This document shows, piece by piece, positions 49,385 through 59,886 of a stretch of 64,000 nucleotides of DNA (its first letter is position 1; the number at the start of each line of letters is the position of its first letter). A program made the translations under genes and the position numbers. The DNA is from an uncultured Pseudomonadota bacterium (lineage in GTDB: Bacteria; Babelota; Babeliae; Babelales; JAUPTZ01), in NCBI GenBank assembly GCA_964429275.1, contig CAYSBJ010000001.1, forward strand, positions 62,001-126,000. The letters run 5' to 3'. The notes under the pieces are model-generated. The model was not told where the DNA came from, did no database searches, and was given only the letters and a program-made list of their open reading frames with translations.

Positions 49385-51880
49385 CTAAAAGCGATACGTT
49401 ACCCGCGCCTGACCACCGCTCACCATTTGAGTACCAAGACTGTCATAGCGCCAATCACCTTTCTGGTCTACACGGCGAGTATTAGCATTTGGGCATCCTT
49501 GGATATCAGTGTACAACGCTCCCGGAATAAATATGCCGACGCGCAAGTCAAACTGCAAGCTATCATATGGACGCCAGCTAACGAGAGCATTGAGCTCAAG
49601 ACCTAAACACTTGCTTGCAAGGGTCGTTGTTGAGGAACCAGAAAAGTACAATTCATTCTTCTGAATATACGCATACAGCGAATCTTCTTTACCATGCCCA
49701 CTACTGTCAGTCGCGCTGTTGCGTGCAAATGTACGTGGCTGATTAATGTTCCATTTATGTGGAGGCGAAACTTCCCAGAAGCAAATCGCGTTACCTTCAA
49801 CCATTACTGTACCACTTGTTAGCGGATACCACTGCGAACCAACACCAATATACTGTAGATTTTCCACCGTTTTGTAGTCGTTATGAGCAAAGAGGTCGTT
49901 GTCCGACATCTCCATTGGGCGCGGCAAGTAACGTGGATAGAACATTACAAACGAAGTCACATAACGTCCGACATAATTTGAGTCACGAAGCGGCATGAAA
50001 TGACTTGAATCCTTATCTTTTTCTGCTGACGCTTGGAACGGATATGCATCACCACCAACGTACCCCATTGCTGCAGAGAAATTCATGCGAGACTCTGGCA
50101 ACGTATAGCGAACATCAAGCAATCCCATAACACCAAGATTGGTAACCGTGTATTCAGGGCGGAAGCGACGCTGAGCACCAAATGGCAAGTTTGCGTTAAA
50201 GAGAATACCGTTCGGCGCGGTATTTACAACGTTAAACACGTTATCATAATAATCAACACCAGTCTTAAAGAGATACTGGCTATACAAAGAGCCGTTCACA
50301 AATGTTCCATGGTCAGGAACTTGCTTCTGGCTCACATACAACTTACCAGCAGTAAAATCATCGGTGCTATGAAGAGGCGCCGCACAGCGGATCTTACCAC
50401 CTTGCTCTGCCATTACTCGATTTGCATTAATATGCTGCATTTCATCAGATACGTAGTATGCACGGTACGGCAAGTATTCCGTCGTAGTATCAAGACCCGC
50501 CGTCGTTGCAGCCGCATCGGTACTATGATCAGAGCTATCATTCAACGACGCACCAAGAAATATATGACTATGATACTTGACTGGTTGGCCGATTTGCTGA
50601 TCAAGCCGGCCAGCTACAGTACTTTGTTGCGGCACTCCCGCATCACCACCGGTACCATAAAGTGTTGCTGTCTGGGTAAAATACGCATCATCAACAATAA
50701 GATGGTTACGATCTATAGGGAACATATACTGCTTGCCGTATTGAAACGCAGTTTCACAGTTTATACTCCAATTGCCGTAGCTATATTCAGTCATAACGCC
50801 GAAAGTTCCTTGCCGCAATGCAGAGTCTGCATCAAACTCAACCTTCAATTCTGGCGCATTTAAAAACACTGCGTATGGCTCTACATACAACGCATGCTGT
50901 TCATCATCAAAGTTAAACGTGCATCCAAGTCGCGCAGCAAAAATATCGGTATCAGCATTTATACCCCGCTCAATATTTCGGGGATCAAGCGACAAATCAC
51001 GGTCAAGGCGCTTTGCTTTTACTTCTTCACGATTGTAAAGAGGGCCACTAGAGCGCTCCTGCCATTTTGAATAATAAAACTCAAAGACCGCATTATCACT
51101 AATGCCTGCCGTAATCAAAAGGCCATTTGGTTTTTGCGGTGCGTTACCAATATCACCTTTTCGCTCAAAACCACGATACTCATCGCCGCCTTCAAAGTAA
51201 TCGCCAAGACTCACACCACGTCCCACAATAAACGGGAAAGTACCAACTTGAATCGACAGAGGATAGTTTATTGTATCGAGAAACGCGTCAAAATTAATCC
51301 TCAACCAACCTTCCTCCAGAAACACAAGTGGCACAATACCCCTATGTGCATGTTCCCCAATTTCTGCTTTTTTTAAAAAGTTAGTTGCATGAAAATAAAC
51401 TTTTTCGGAAAGAATTGGCGTATAAATATAAGGATCAGCCCATAAAGAGAACGCGGTCAATCGCATACCCATTTGAGCTGCTGGCTTACCATAACTACGC
51501 ACTCCATACTGGGAGTGAAAATCGAGATTAAGCTTGCTACGAGTAAAGGCATAAATATCGTTGAAATCATTGCGCAATGTTAGCGGGCGATCAAAAATTT
51601 GCCCTTCCTGGCGGACACGCCCACTCAAAGCGAAATCAACATCTTCTCGATACAGCCCTATGGCATTATCCGTAACCTCTGTTTGCGACATCGCCAAACG
51701 TGTAGTCATTAAATCGGTACGCAACACTGGAAAATGCTGCTCTGCAGATGCACCAAAGTTATTTGAGTACCAAAGAGACGACTGCCTATTGTGCATCAAC
51801 GAAGCCTTAGGATCGCGCGCCAAAATTTGCCCGACCAAGCTCACAATAACTGCTAGACAAAAAATGTAGTTACGTTTCAT
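49385..51880 (-). CDS. Predicted outer-membrane beta-barrel protein; paralog of 51891..54221
   Basis: Signal peptide; amphipathic strands; terminal ARVTYRF. Confidence 0.75.
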   Translation of the reverse strand: MKRNYIFCLAVIVSLVGQILARDPKASLMHNRQSSLWYSNNFGASAEQHFPVLRTDLMTTRLAMSQTEVTDNAIGLYREDVDFALSGRVRQEGQIFDRPLTLRNDFNDIYAFTRSKLNLDFHSQYGVRSYGKPAAQMGMRLTAFSLWADPYIYTPILSEKVYFHATNFLKKAEIGEHAHRGIVPLVFLEEGWLRINFDAFLDTINYPLSIQVGTFPFIVGRGVSLGDYFEGGDEYRGFERKGDIGNAPQKPNGLLITAGISDNAVFEFYYSKWQERSSGPLYNREEVKAKRLDRDLSLDPRNIERGINADTDIFAARLGCTFNFDDEQHALYVEPYAVFLNAPELKVEFDADSALRQGTFGVMTEYSYGNWSINCETAFQYGKQYMFPIDRNHLIVDDAYFTQTATLYGTGGDAGVPQQSTVAGRLDQQIGQPVKYHSHIFLGASLNDSSDHSTDAAATTAGLDTTTEYLPYRAYYVSDEMQHINANRVMAEQGGKIRCAAPLHSTDDFTAGKLYVSQKQVPDHGTFVNGSLYSQYLFKTGVDYYDNVFNVVNTAPNGILFNANLPFGAQRRFRPEYTVTNLGVMGLLDVRYTLPESRMNFSAAMGYVGGDAYPFQASAEKDKDSSHFMPLRDSNYVGRYVTSFVMFYPRYLPRPMEMSDNDLFAHNDYKTVENLQYIGVGSQWYPLTSGTVMVEGNAICFWEVSPPHKWNINQPRTFARNSATDSSGHGKEDSLYAYIQKNELYFSGSSTTTLASKCLGLELNALVSWRPYDSLQFDLRVGIFIPGALYTDIQGCPNANTRRVDQKGDWRYDSLGTQMVSGGQARVTYRF

Positions 51881-51890
51881 TACTCTCTCC

Positions 51891-54221
51891 TTAGAACAAA
51901 TAGGTCAGGCGAACCATTCCGCCAAACGGAATTTTTCGCCCCAAACTGTCAAGATGCACATCACCATTAGCATCAGTACGAACGCCATACTCATTTGGTG
52001 TGCCATCAATATCTTCATATAATTTTCCAGGCACAAATGTTGCAAACAAAGCTCGCACTTCAACGCTTGGCACCGGTGTCCACGTAACCACCGTATTAAA
52101 TTCAAGGCCAAGTTGCTTGCTTGCACGCCGCGTCGTTTGGTATCCCGTAAAATGTAGATCTGATTGCAGCTTCTGCCATATGCCATTAATCGAGGGATCA
52201 CCAAAATCTCGTGTGGCTGACTTATCCCAGGTATACGGAGCAACATCTTGCCAGAAATAAAGCAGGTTACTTTCAATTAATAACTTATTACGATCCTGGC
52301 ATGGTCGGAAAGCTGAGCCAAAACCAAAGTATTGTAAATTAGATGAGTCTTCGAAGTTGTTTGGTGCATACAATAGGGTATCTGAATACGTACTTGGCCG
52401 GGCAATCCGACGGGCTGCTAACACAGCGTACGACTTAACAATTTGGCCTTGATAGTTTCCGTCACGTAATGGCACAAATCCGCTATAGCGCTTATCTTCT
52501 TCCTTATCAAACGGATACTCGGCGCCGCTTATATATCCAACGGCTGCAGAAAGCATCCACTTCTTTGATGGCGTCGTATAAGAAACATCCAATACTCCCA
52601 TTACTCCTGCAAAATCAAGGGTGTATTTATCGCGAAATCTCTTGCCGCCACCGAAAGGAATGTTCGCGTTAAAAAGTGCACCATTCGGTCCTAAGCCGGA
52701 AAACCTAAAGAGGTTATCGTAATAATCAATACCCGTAACGATCTGATAGGGGCTATAGAGTGAGTCATGAGCAGTGATATCAGACGTAAATTTCGAACTC
52801 TTATAGATGTCACCGGCATTCAGAGCATGAGTAGTATCAATTTCATTCGGATGTTCCGGCGGGCCACGACGCACAAAGCTTCCTTGCTGAGAAAGCATAC
52901 GCTCTGCGTTTACATGTGCATTCTCATCAGAAACATAATACGCACGGTAGGGCAAAAACTGGGCCGAATCAAGAGCAGTTCCAGTCGTCATACCCACCAA
53001 AATATGGCTATGATATTTCGCTGGAACGCCAGACGTCACATCAAGCCGACCAGCAATTGCCGATCCTGATTGCGGAACTCCCTCATCAGCGTAAACAGTA
53101 GCTACTTGTTTATAGTACGCATCGTCATACACAACATGATTTCGGTCGATTGGATGCATTATTTGCCGTCCAAATTGAAGCCCAAACTCACCATTTACTT
53201 TCCATCCATCACATTCCCAATCAAGCATGCAACCAACAGTACCAAGTTTCGCACTTGAATCACCTTCAAATTCTACTTTGAGCTCCGGTGCATTCACATA
53301 CACCAAATATGGTTCGGCATACAAAGAAAACCCATCATCAGCGGCATTATGCTTTACTATGCCACGCAGTGAAAACAGATTCCGGTCAGCATTCGTGCCA
53401 CGCTGAATTGAGCGGGGGTCGCTAGCATTTTCATCACGATCAAGGCGCCGCACAGCAATCTCCTTACGTGTATGATCCGGGCCTTGCGATTGCTTCTTCC
53501 ATTGAGAATAATAAAACTCAAGAGCCAGAGACTCGCGATCACCAAGCGTAAGTGTTAACCCAGGAGAAAGATTTGTATTATTACCAAGATTGCCTTCTTC
53601 AAACCATCCCAAGTAATCAATGCCGCCACCAAAGTAATCACCAAGAGCAATTCCACGGCCGATAGCCTGAGCAAAATAACCAATCTTCAACTCAGTCGGC
53701 ACTAGAATCGGCATAAGTTTTTCAAGCTTTACCGCAACAAACCCTTCTTCAAGAAAGGCCAGTGGAACAATCGACTCGTGTCCGTGATCAGAGATATCAA
53801 CTTTTCTGATGTAGTTACCAGAATTGAAGGCTACTGGTTCTATAATGGGCGGCGTATATGCTTTATCGTTGTCATATACTTTAAATGACGTGATACGAAA
53901 ACGCGTGTTGATCACATTTTCGCCATAGGTTTTTTTCCCAAAAACTGCATCTATATCAAAATTAAACCGAGCGCGCTGAAACGTATACCGATCAAAATAA
54001 TCAGATCGAAGCACAAGTGGTGAAAAAAAACTAAATGTTTCTTGACGGATACGCCCTCCGAGCTTTACCTCCACATCTTTTTTACTCAAAAAAAGAGTGC
54101 TCGAGTCCTTCATCTTTTCCACAGCTTCCTGAAAAAGAGTCGTATCTACTGCATACAATGCCTGCGATGCACACACTACATACGCACACCAAAACGCTAC
54201 CGACACTACCCTGCGTTGCAT
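51891..54221 (-). CDS. Predicted outer-membrane beta-barrel protein; paralog of 49385..51880
   Basis: Signal peptide; shared NAPELKVEF, PIDRNH, KYHSHI and LPYRAYYVSDE; terminal VRLTYLF. Confidence 0.75.
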   Translation of the reverse strand: MQRRVVSVAFWCAYVVCASQALYAVDTTLFQEAVEKMKDSSTLFLSKKDVEVKLGGRIRQETFSFFSPLVLRSDYFDRYTFQRARFNFDIDAVFGKKTYGENVINTRFRITSFKVYDNDKAYTPPIIEPVAFNSGNYIRKVDISDHGHESIVPLAFLEEGFVAVKLEKLMPILVPTELKIGYFAQAIGRGIALGDYFGGGIDYLGWFEEGNLGNNTNLSPGLTLTLGDRESLALEFYYSQWKKQSQGPDHTRKEIAVRRLDRDENASDPRSIQRGTNADRNLFSLRGIVKHNAADDGFSLYAEPYLVYVNAPELKVEFEGDSSAKLGTVGCMLDWECDGWKVNGEFGLQFGRQIMHPIDRNHVVYDDAYYKQVATVYADEGVPQSGSAIAGRLDVTSGVPAKYHSHILVGMTTGTALDSAQFLPYRAYYVSDENAHVNAERMLSQQGSFVRRGPPEHPNEIDTTHALNAGDIYKSSKFTSDITAHDSLYSPYQIVTGIDYYDNLFRFSGLGPNGALFNANIPFGGGKRFRDKYTLDFAGVMGVLDVSYTTPSKKWMLSAAVGYISGAEYPFDKEEDKRYSGFVPLRDGNYQGQIVKSYAVLAARRIARPSTYSDTLLYAPNNFEDSSNLQYFGFGSAFRPCQDRNKLLIESNLLYFWQDVAPYTWDKSATRDFGDPSINGIWQKLQSDLHFTGYQTTRRASKQLGLEFNTVVTWTPVPSVEVRALFATFVPGKLYEDIDGTPNEYGVRTDANGDVHLDSLGRKIPFGGMVRLTYLF

Positions 54222-54530
54222 TACTTTCCTTTTTTAAACATAGTCAAACAGACGAGGCATGCTAATAAAATAAATTTTCCACACTCAATGGTTTAATAAA
54301 GAAAAACTCTTGGCAACGAACAAAATTCCACAAATACATTCTCATAAAAAAATGTGATCCATAAAAATACCTGTCTAAATACTCACTCATGCCGATCTAT
54401 TGGCCTTCATATTAACTCCTGGAGCCCCTCTCTCCCGCGCACAAGAAAAGAAGCAGCATCGGCAAACAATTGACACATTAAGCGAATATAAGAAATCATG
54501 TTCGGCAAACGCTCTCGAAAAAGGATCCAC

Positions 54531-57500
54531 ATGAAAAAAATGGTTAAAAAGCTATTATTCTGTATCTTCACACAATTAATCAGCGTGCCTTCACTCACCG
54601 GTATCTCATGGACAATAGCACCTGGCAACCAAAGCGCAACTGCTACTGTTGGAGCGACAACATATACATACAATCTTGCCACAATTCTCGACCCTAACAC
54701 TTTCGCAGGGCCTTTAAAGTCTGTAAATACGGCAACAAATGTAGAATGGATATACAACATTTATTCCTACCAACAATCTGCTTTAGGATGGGGTGAATGG
54801 CATTGGAAAGTAGGAGATCAAACCTGGACCTACAATGTAGCGACTAAGCAATGGGCAGCTGATAATGGCAGACAAATTTGGAGCCACACTGATAGCGATA
54901 CATGGCGGCATGATGCAAGCAACGACACATGGACCTTTCGCTTTGCGTTTTTCCCACCTTGGGCGCACAATATCACCGATACAGCAAATGACGACGCCGT
55001 ATTCACGGAAAGTTGGCAGTACAGTTCATTCTCTAATCAGTGGACAAACATGACGCGTGATCTAATATGGACATTTGACTATCCAACTTTCACCTGGATG
55101 CGAGTAGGTTCAACGGAAACATGGAGAGTAAATTCTATTGAGGAAACAGTTACCTGTACCAGCAGTGGAATGCCAGAAAATCGTTGGAAAATTCTGAACA
55201 ATAACATCTGGATCGAACAAGTAAGCGGCATTCGATGGCAATATCTTACACCAACCACCCCTTATTCTTTTGGGCACCCTGCGTCAGGAATATGGAAGAA
55301 TCTTACGACACTTGAAACATGGTCATTTAATAACAGCACCAAGCTTTGGACCAAAGATGGGGACACAGCTACAACCTACTTCCCACCACTCACGCCACCC
55401 CTCATTGGATTACAAATACAGGCCATTTATGACATTTCTTATGATGTTATAAACACAGTCGCAACGGCTCCTCTACCACCCAGCGGAGACTACACCTGGA
55501 CTGATGGACCAAATACTCTGCATGCAGCAACTACTGACTTTCAAATGACGTTGAGCACTCTCGGAATAACACTTGGGCGAGGATTCCGTTATGGGTTCAA
55601 TAGTTCATACGCATTTCAATCAAGCACAGGGGAAAAGTGGTTTGGGCCTTTTTCAGCGCTAGAGGGCTCCACATATACAAATCAAAGTACTAACATCACG
55701 ACTGCAGACAGCACAACATATCACGCTGGTACGGATAGATTTTGGAGAAACGAAACAAGTGGAAATCATCCATGGCAGTATCATATCGAAAATGATGAGT
55801 GGGTCAATATGAAATCGGGACAAAAAATGTCATTCAATTACGCCACTTTAAAATGGACCAGTGAAAATGGTAGCTTGTGGGAATATCTGTATAGCAATTC
55901 TAAATGGGTATGGCGTAATCACACCGCACACGAAGACTGGGTATATGCTGAAATCCCAGTTGGCCAGGGAAGCTACATTAAATGCTGGCAAAACCTCAAT
56001 ACTGGGGTGTATTGGAGGCCGGATATCATAGGAGCAGTGCCAGTTATCACCAATCGTACAACTTCAGTAGCGTATTCTTACAATTCAACGACTCATCTCT
56101 GGCACCCTTATCTAAACCCCTCTGGCCCTGGTTTAGATCTTTTCCCGCTTCATCCCTCAAACATGGCCGGATATAAAGGTTTTATGCAACGACTGGCTAT
56201 TACTGAAACTACCTCAACTTCGCCCTACCAAAACTCTCTTGGATTATTATCTCGGATTGCAGCAAATAAAGAAACCTTTGCCGCTATACAGTCGAGTTTT
56301 GATACCTTGATAAGCAACTATACAGGGCTTGCACGCTACAACAACTTACTGCCATTTCAAGAAACAGTCTCAAACTTTTATCACACAAACTTATGGTTAT
56401 ACTATGAATATCAAAGCCTTTATCTAGGTTCTAGTGGCGACCAGTGGTTCACGCCAAACAACACCTCAGACTTCCCCATCTGGCTACCAACACGCGGCTT
56501 CTGCAGCACCACGGGTAAAGCTGCATATAAAATACAAGCATACGCTCCAATGATTATGCTCGACACAGTACCTGTTTCCATAGGATTTGCTGCCGATCCG
56601 TTCTTGAACGGAAATGCAATCTACAAACTAAAGCTTGGCAAAGTTACAACCGACCTCGATGTTCCCCCATATTCCATAACAACTTATCGAGCGCAACTAT
56701 ACAAAGGTGAAGAAACGCTCGTTGATCAACAAGTTTTATATCCTCCCGCCAGCGGATCTTATTTATGGCTTTCCTATGATAACGGCCAGATTAACTTTGG
56801 CAGTGGTGACCCGCTCGCCTCGACTGACGTCAAAACACTGTTCGAATACACCATCAATGATGGCGATACTCCTTCTTCTATAAAATACCTCACGTTCAGC
56901 CGACACGATCATGACACCGCTCTGACCATTCAAGCCTCTCCCTATATCCCAGACTACTTTACGACTCAATTTGAAGCTAATGACATGTATAGCCAATGCC
57001 AAGATTGCTTACGCATCGCGCCCCTAGAAGAAATATGGAATACCGCCAAAACAAAATTAACAGCTTTAGCTACTACTGACTCTTCCTACGCGGCAAAAGC
57101 ACGAAGAGCACAGGAGGTCATTGATACTATCCTGGGGACTTACACCGTTACCAAGCCCTCAACTGAAGCCACGGCGCTTGGATCAAGCCTTCAGAGCCAA
57201 AACTCACAACATTACTATGATTACGTATATCGCTCATATGGTTACTCTCAAGGCGCAATGGGACAATATCTCACTTACAACACTCTCACCACAGGGTTAG
57301 AGGATTCCTTCACCCCACTCCTCACGGCGGATCCTTCTTCTCTTACTTCAACAGAGGAACAGACTCTTATTGATAACGTACGATCTGCAGCCAGCGACAT
57401 CATAGAACAAATGGGCGCAAACATTGCAAATCTTACTTACAGCGCAAACCAACTGACCACATTTGAAGAAAATGCCGACTTAGAAACCTTTACCAACTTC

Positions 57501-59870
57501 TTCAACGAAGAAACGGCTCTCCTAAATGATCTTGCAGCACTGCTTGACCTTATGGATCCTTTCATCCTTGATCGATTCTTGCAGCAAGTCGCTCTTTACA
57601 CCAATAATGAAACGCCATCTCAAGCAAGCGTTAATGAAAACAACGCACGTCGTGCCGCAGAGCGCGTAACAGCAATTAACCTCCTAGCGGGACGCATAGC
57701 AAACGGGCAGTCTACTTTGTTTTCCACCTTGACGGCTGCCTGCATCATTTTGTGTATCAATAATAACTTTGACACTATAAGGGTCCAATTGGATACCTAT
57801 CTAACCGCCAATGGGTATATCAATGCACACTTTTTTAATTCACCCCCACTTTCACAGGCAACGGCTACTCACTTGCTGACAACCATATTAGATGTGATGG
57901 AGCCACAAATCGACCTGGACGGCTCTGTTTTTTATACAACTTTTGCAGGGACGAGACAAACGATAGCTGACTCCACAAGCACTGCCTATATGCAAACAAC
58001 TATAACCACGACCGCCCCATCCTTTACGGCAGCCGTAAGCAGCGGCAATATAAACTATCTTAAGAACACCTCTATTTCGACCACGTCAAACGAACATGTA
58101 CGCAACGTAGTACGTGAAGTTACTACACCAAGTGACGTCGCAAAAACAGCAACCTATTCTCGTATTTACATAAAGGATGCAAATGTTGCGCTTGGAAATG
58201 GCAACTACACACAAGCATCAGATAACGCGTTAGCTGTTTTTGGGAGCACAGAACTTACGCCAGACGGGGACACCCTTATCATACTTAATAGCGACTTAAC
58301 TGTTGACGGGGTTAACTTTCTACGTCCGTCTCCCAACTTTGGTTCAGATCCAGCAGCCGCTCTGCGCTGCATACCTGCAACCCCGACAGGGCAAGTTGGC
58401 AAGAATGCGATTATTTTTCATTCTGACACAGAACGAACCATCACCATAACCTCCGGCTCAACCTTTGATCTTACTGCTTTTGGTCAAGGAGGAATTGCTC
58501 AGGGCCAAAAAATAATCTTTAGCGGAAAAATAAAGCTCGTTCTTGAGCCGAACACTCGCTTGCGCTTTCCATACACAGCTCCAGACCAACTAAATAATGC
58601 CCTTGAATTAACGTTTCAAGACGATGCGCAGCTCATATTTCAAGGACTTGATAATTACGACCGCGCTCGATGGACAGATTCTTCAACCGGCTCTGACCTC
58701 GTTCGCACCAAAATACTTGGTGTAGGAAAAATAAACTTCTCTGGCAACGCATCTGCAAAACTCATGCGATCTGCACTTGTAGGCGTCGAAGCTGATTACA
58801 ATTCAAACATTACCGATGTAACGATCGAACTGAACGACCAAAGTTCTTGGTACATCGGTGATACAAATACCACCGGCGGCGGACTCCAAATTGGAAACAT
58901 TATTAATGGTGGCTCAGACAATCTTGGTAACGAAGCAAACTATCCTAACAATACAAACAACCCTCTCTACGGAGATTCTGAAAATCCATTTATTCCAAAT
59001 CCTACCGCTATAAATTTCACGCTCACTTTAAACAGTGGTGGAGCTCTATTCAATATAGGAAGAGAAGGATTTCTTGGTTTTGGTGTCGGCACTGTCAATA
59101 AAGATGGCAACATTAACGGTACATTACCAAACGCCACAACCGATCCAGATACCGATGATAACCAATTCTACGCTTGGAGCGTGCAGAGCCTATTCAACGT
59201 TGGTAATATTACACTCAATCTCCTGAATGGAACTTTTTCTCATCACATAGTTGCTGATGGTACTGACACTAATGGCTCCCTGCTGGCTTTTGGGCCACAG
59301 ATGCCACGAGCCAATTACAAAATTTTAGTAAATAAAACAAAAAAGGATATCATCCTTTGTGGTGGAAATGTTCTTTTTATGCGCGCAGGAACGGTACCAG
59401 AGAATGGCGCCGGCGAAGCAACTCCACGAGTGATTTCAATTTGGAGCACCGTGGCCCCGCTTGTTGGCGGCTCTGCCGACAGCGGCAAGTATTCGATGCT
59501 CGCTCCCGCAGCCCTCTTTATGCTCCGGAATCAAACCAACGTAGCACTTCCCGGCGTCCTTACCTACGGGCGAGCCACAATATCATTAGGATCAGATCTC
59601 TATCAATTTACAGGCCCAGTTGATGAAGTGTATCTTGCCCTGACTTTTCAGGACTTCGCACATAACAATCGCTATGTGGTTGCGTATACCACAAATCTTC
59701 AAAGTGCTATTGCATTTGTTGATACAAGCGGCGCTATCAGAGCTTATGGCCTTAACAAACGGTGGGTTAGCAACCGGCGTGGCCAAACAATTAGTGGTGG
59801 CACAAGCGTCTCGCAAGGCTACTTGCGCGCAGTAACAACAGCTTCAACGCCAAAGAAATTTGTGCAATAG
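54531..59870 (+). CDS. Giant secreted mosaic protein: Trp-rich repeats, helical region and conserved C-terminal beta-rich domain
   Basis: AAGGA RBS before ATG 54531; signal peptide; W-x-Y/F repeats; C-domain homologous to 38488..42060. Confidence 0.82.
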   Translation: MKKMVKKLLFCIFTQLISVPSLTGISWTIAPGNQSATATVGATTYTYNLATILDPNTFAGPLKSVNTATNVEWIYNIYSYQQSALGWGEWHWKVGDQTWTYNVATKQWAADNGRQIWSHTDSDTWRHDASNDTWTFRFAFFPPWAHNITDTANDDAVFTESWQYSSFSNQWTNMTRDLIWTFDYPTFTWMRVGSTETWRVNSIEETVTCTSSGMPENRWKILNNNIWIEQVSGIRWQYLTPTTPYSFGHPASGIWKNLTTLETWSFNNSTKLWTKDGDTATTYFPPLTPPLIGLQIQAIYDISYDVINTVATAPLPPSGDYTWTDGPNTLHAATTDFQMTLSTLGITLGRGFRYGFNSSYAFQSSTGEKWFGPFSALEGSTYTNQSTNITTADSTTYHAGTDRFWRNETSGNHPWQYHIENDEWVNMKSGQKMSFNYATLKWTSENGSLWEYLYSNSKWVWRNHTAHEDWVYAEIPVGQGSYIKCWQNLNTGVYWRPDIIGAVPVITNRTTSVAYSYNSTTHLWHPYLNPSGPGLDLFPLHPSNMAGYKGFMQRLAITETTSTSPYQNSLGLLSRIAANKETFAAIQSSFDTLISNYTGLARYNNLLPFQETVSNFYHTNLWLYYEYQSLYLGSSGDQWFTPNNTSDFPIWLPTRGFCSTTGKAAYKIQAYAPMIMLDTVPVSIGFAADPFLNGNAIYKLKLGKVTTDLDVPPYSITTYRAQLYKGEETLVDQQVLYPPASGSYLWLSYDNGQINFGSGDPLASTDVKTLFEYTINDGDTPSSIKYLTFSRHDHDTALTIQASPYIPDYFTTQFEANDMYSQCQDCLRIAPLEEIWNTAKTKLTALATTDSSYAAKARRAQEVIDTILGTYTVTKPSTEATALGSSLQSQNSQHYYDYVYRSYGYSQGAMGQYLTYNTLTTGLEDSFTPLLTADPSSLTSTEEQTLIDNVRSAASDIIEQMGANIANLTYSANQLTTFEENADLETFTNFFNEETALLNDLAALLDLMDPFILDRFLQQVALYTNNETPSQASVNENNARRAAERVTAINLLAGRIANGQSTLFSTLTAACIILCINNNFDTIRVQLDTYLTANGYINAHFFNSPPLSQATATHLLTTILDVMEPQIDLDGSVFYTTFAGTRQTIADSTSTAYMQTTITTTAPSFTAAVSSGNINYLKNTSISTTSNEHVRNVVREVTTPSDVAKTATYSRIYIKDANVALGNGNYTQASDNALAVFGSTELTPDGDTLIILNSDLTVDGVNFLRPSPNFGSDPAAALRCIPATPTGQVGKNAIIFHSDTERTITITSGSTFDLTAFGQGGIAQGQKIIFSGKIKLVLEPNTRLRFPYTAPDQLNNALELTFQDDAQLIFQGLDNYDRARWTDSSTGSDLVRTKILGVGKINFSGNASAKLMRSALVGVEADYNSNITDVTIELNDQSSWYIGDTNTTGGGLQIGNIINGGSDNLGNEANYPNNTNNPLYGDSENPFIPNPTAINFTLTLNSGGALFNIGREGFLGFGVGTVNKDGNINGTLPNATTDPDTDDNQFYAWSVQSLFNVGNITLNLLNGTFSHHIVADGTDTNGSLLAFGPQMPRANYKILVNKTKKDIILCGGNVLFMRAGTVPENGAGEATPRVISIWSTVAPLVGGSADSGKYSMLAPAALFMLRNQTNVALPGVLTYGRATISLGSDLYQFTGPVDEVYLALTFQDFAHNNRYVVAYTTNLQSAIAFVDTSGAIRAYGLNKRWVSNRRGQTISGGTSVSQGYLRAVTTASTPKKFVQ

Positions 59871-59886
59871 ATCACGGCAACAATTA

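Noticed and set aside
50033..50863. 276-aa plus-strand ORF
   Set aside because: Antisense to the barrel gene, whose frame is supported by its paralog
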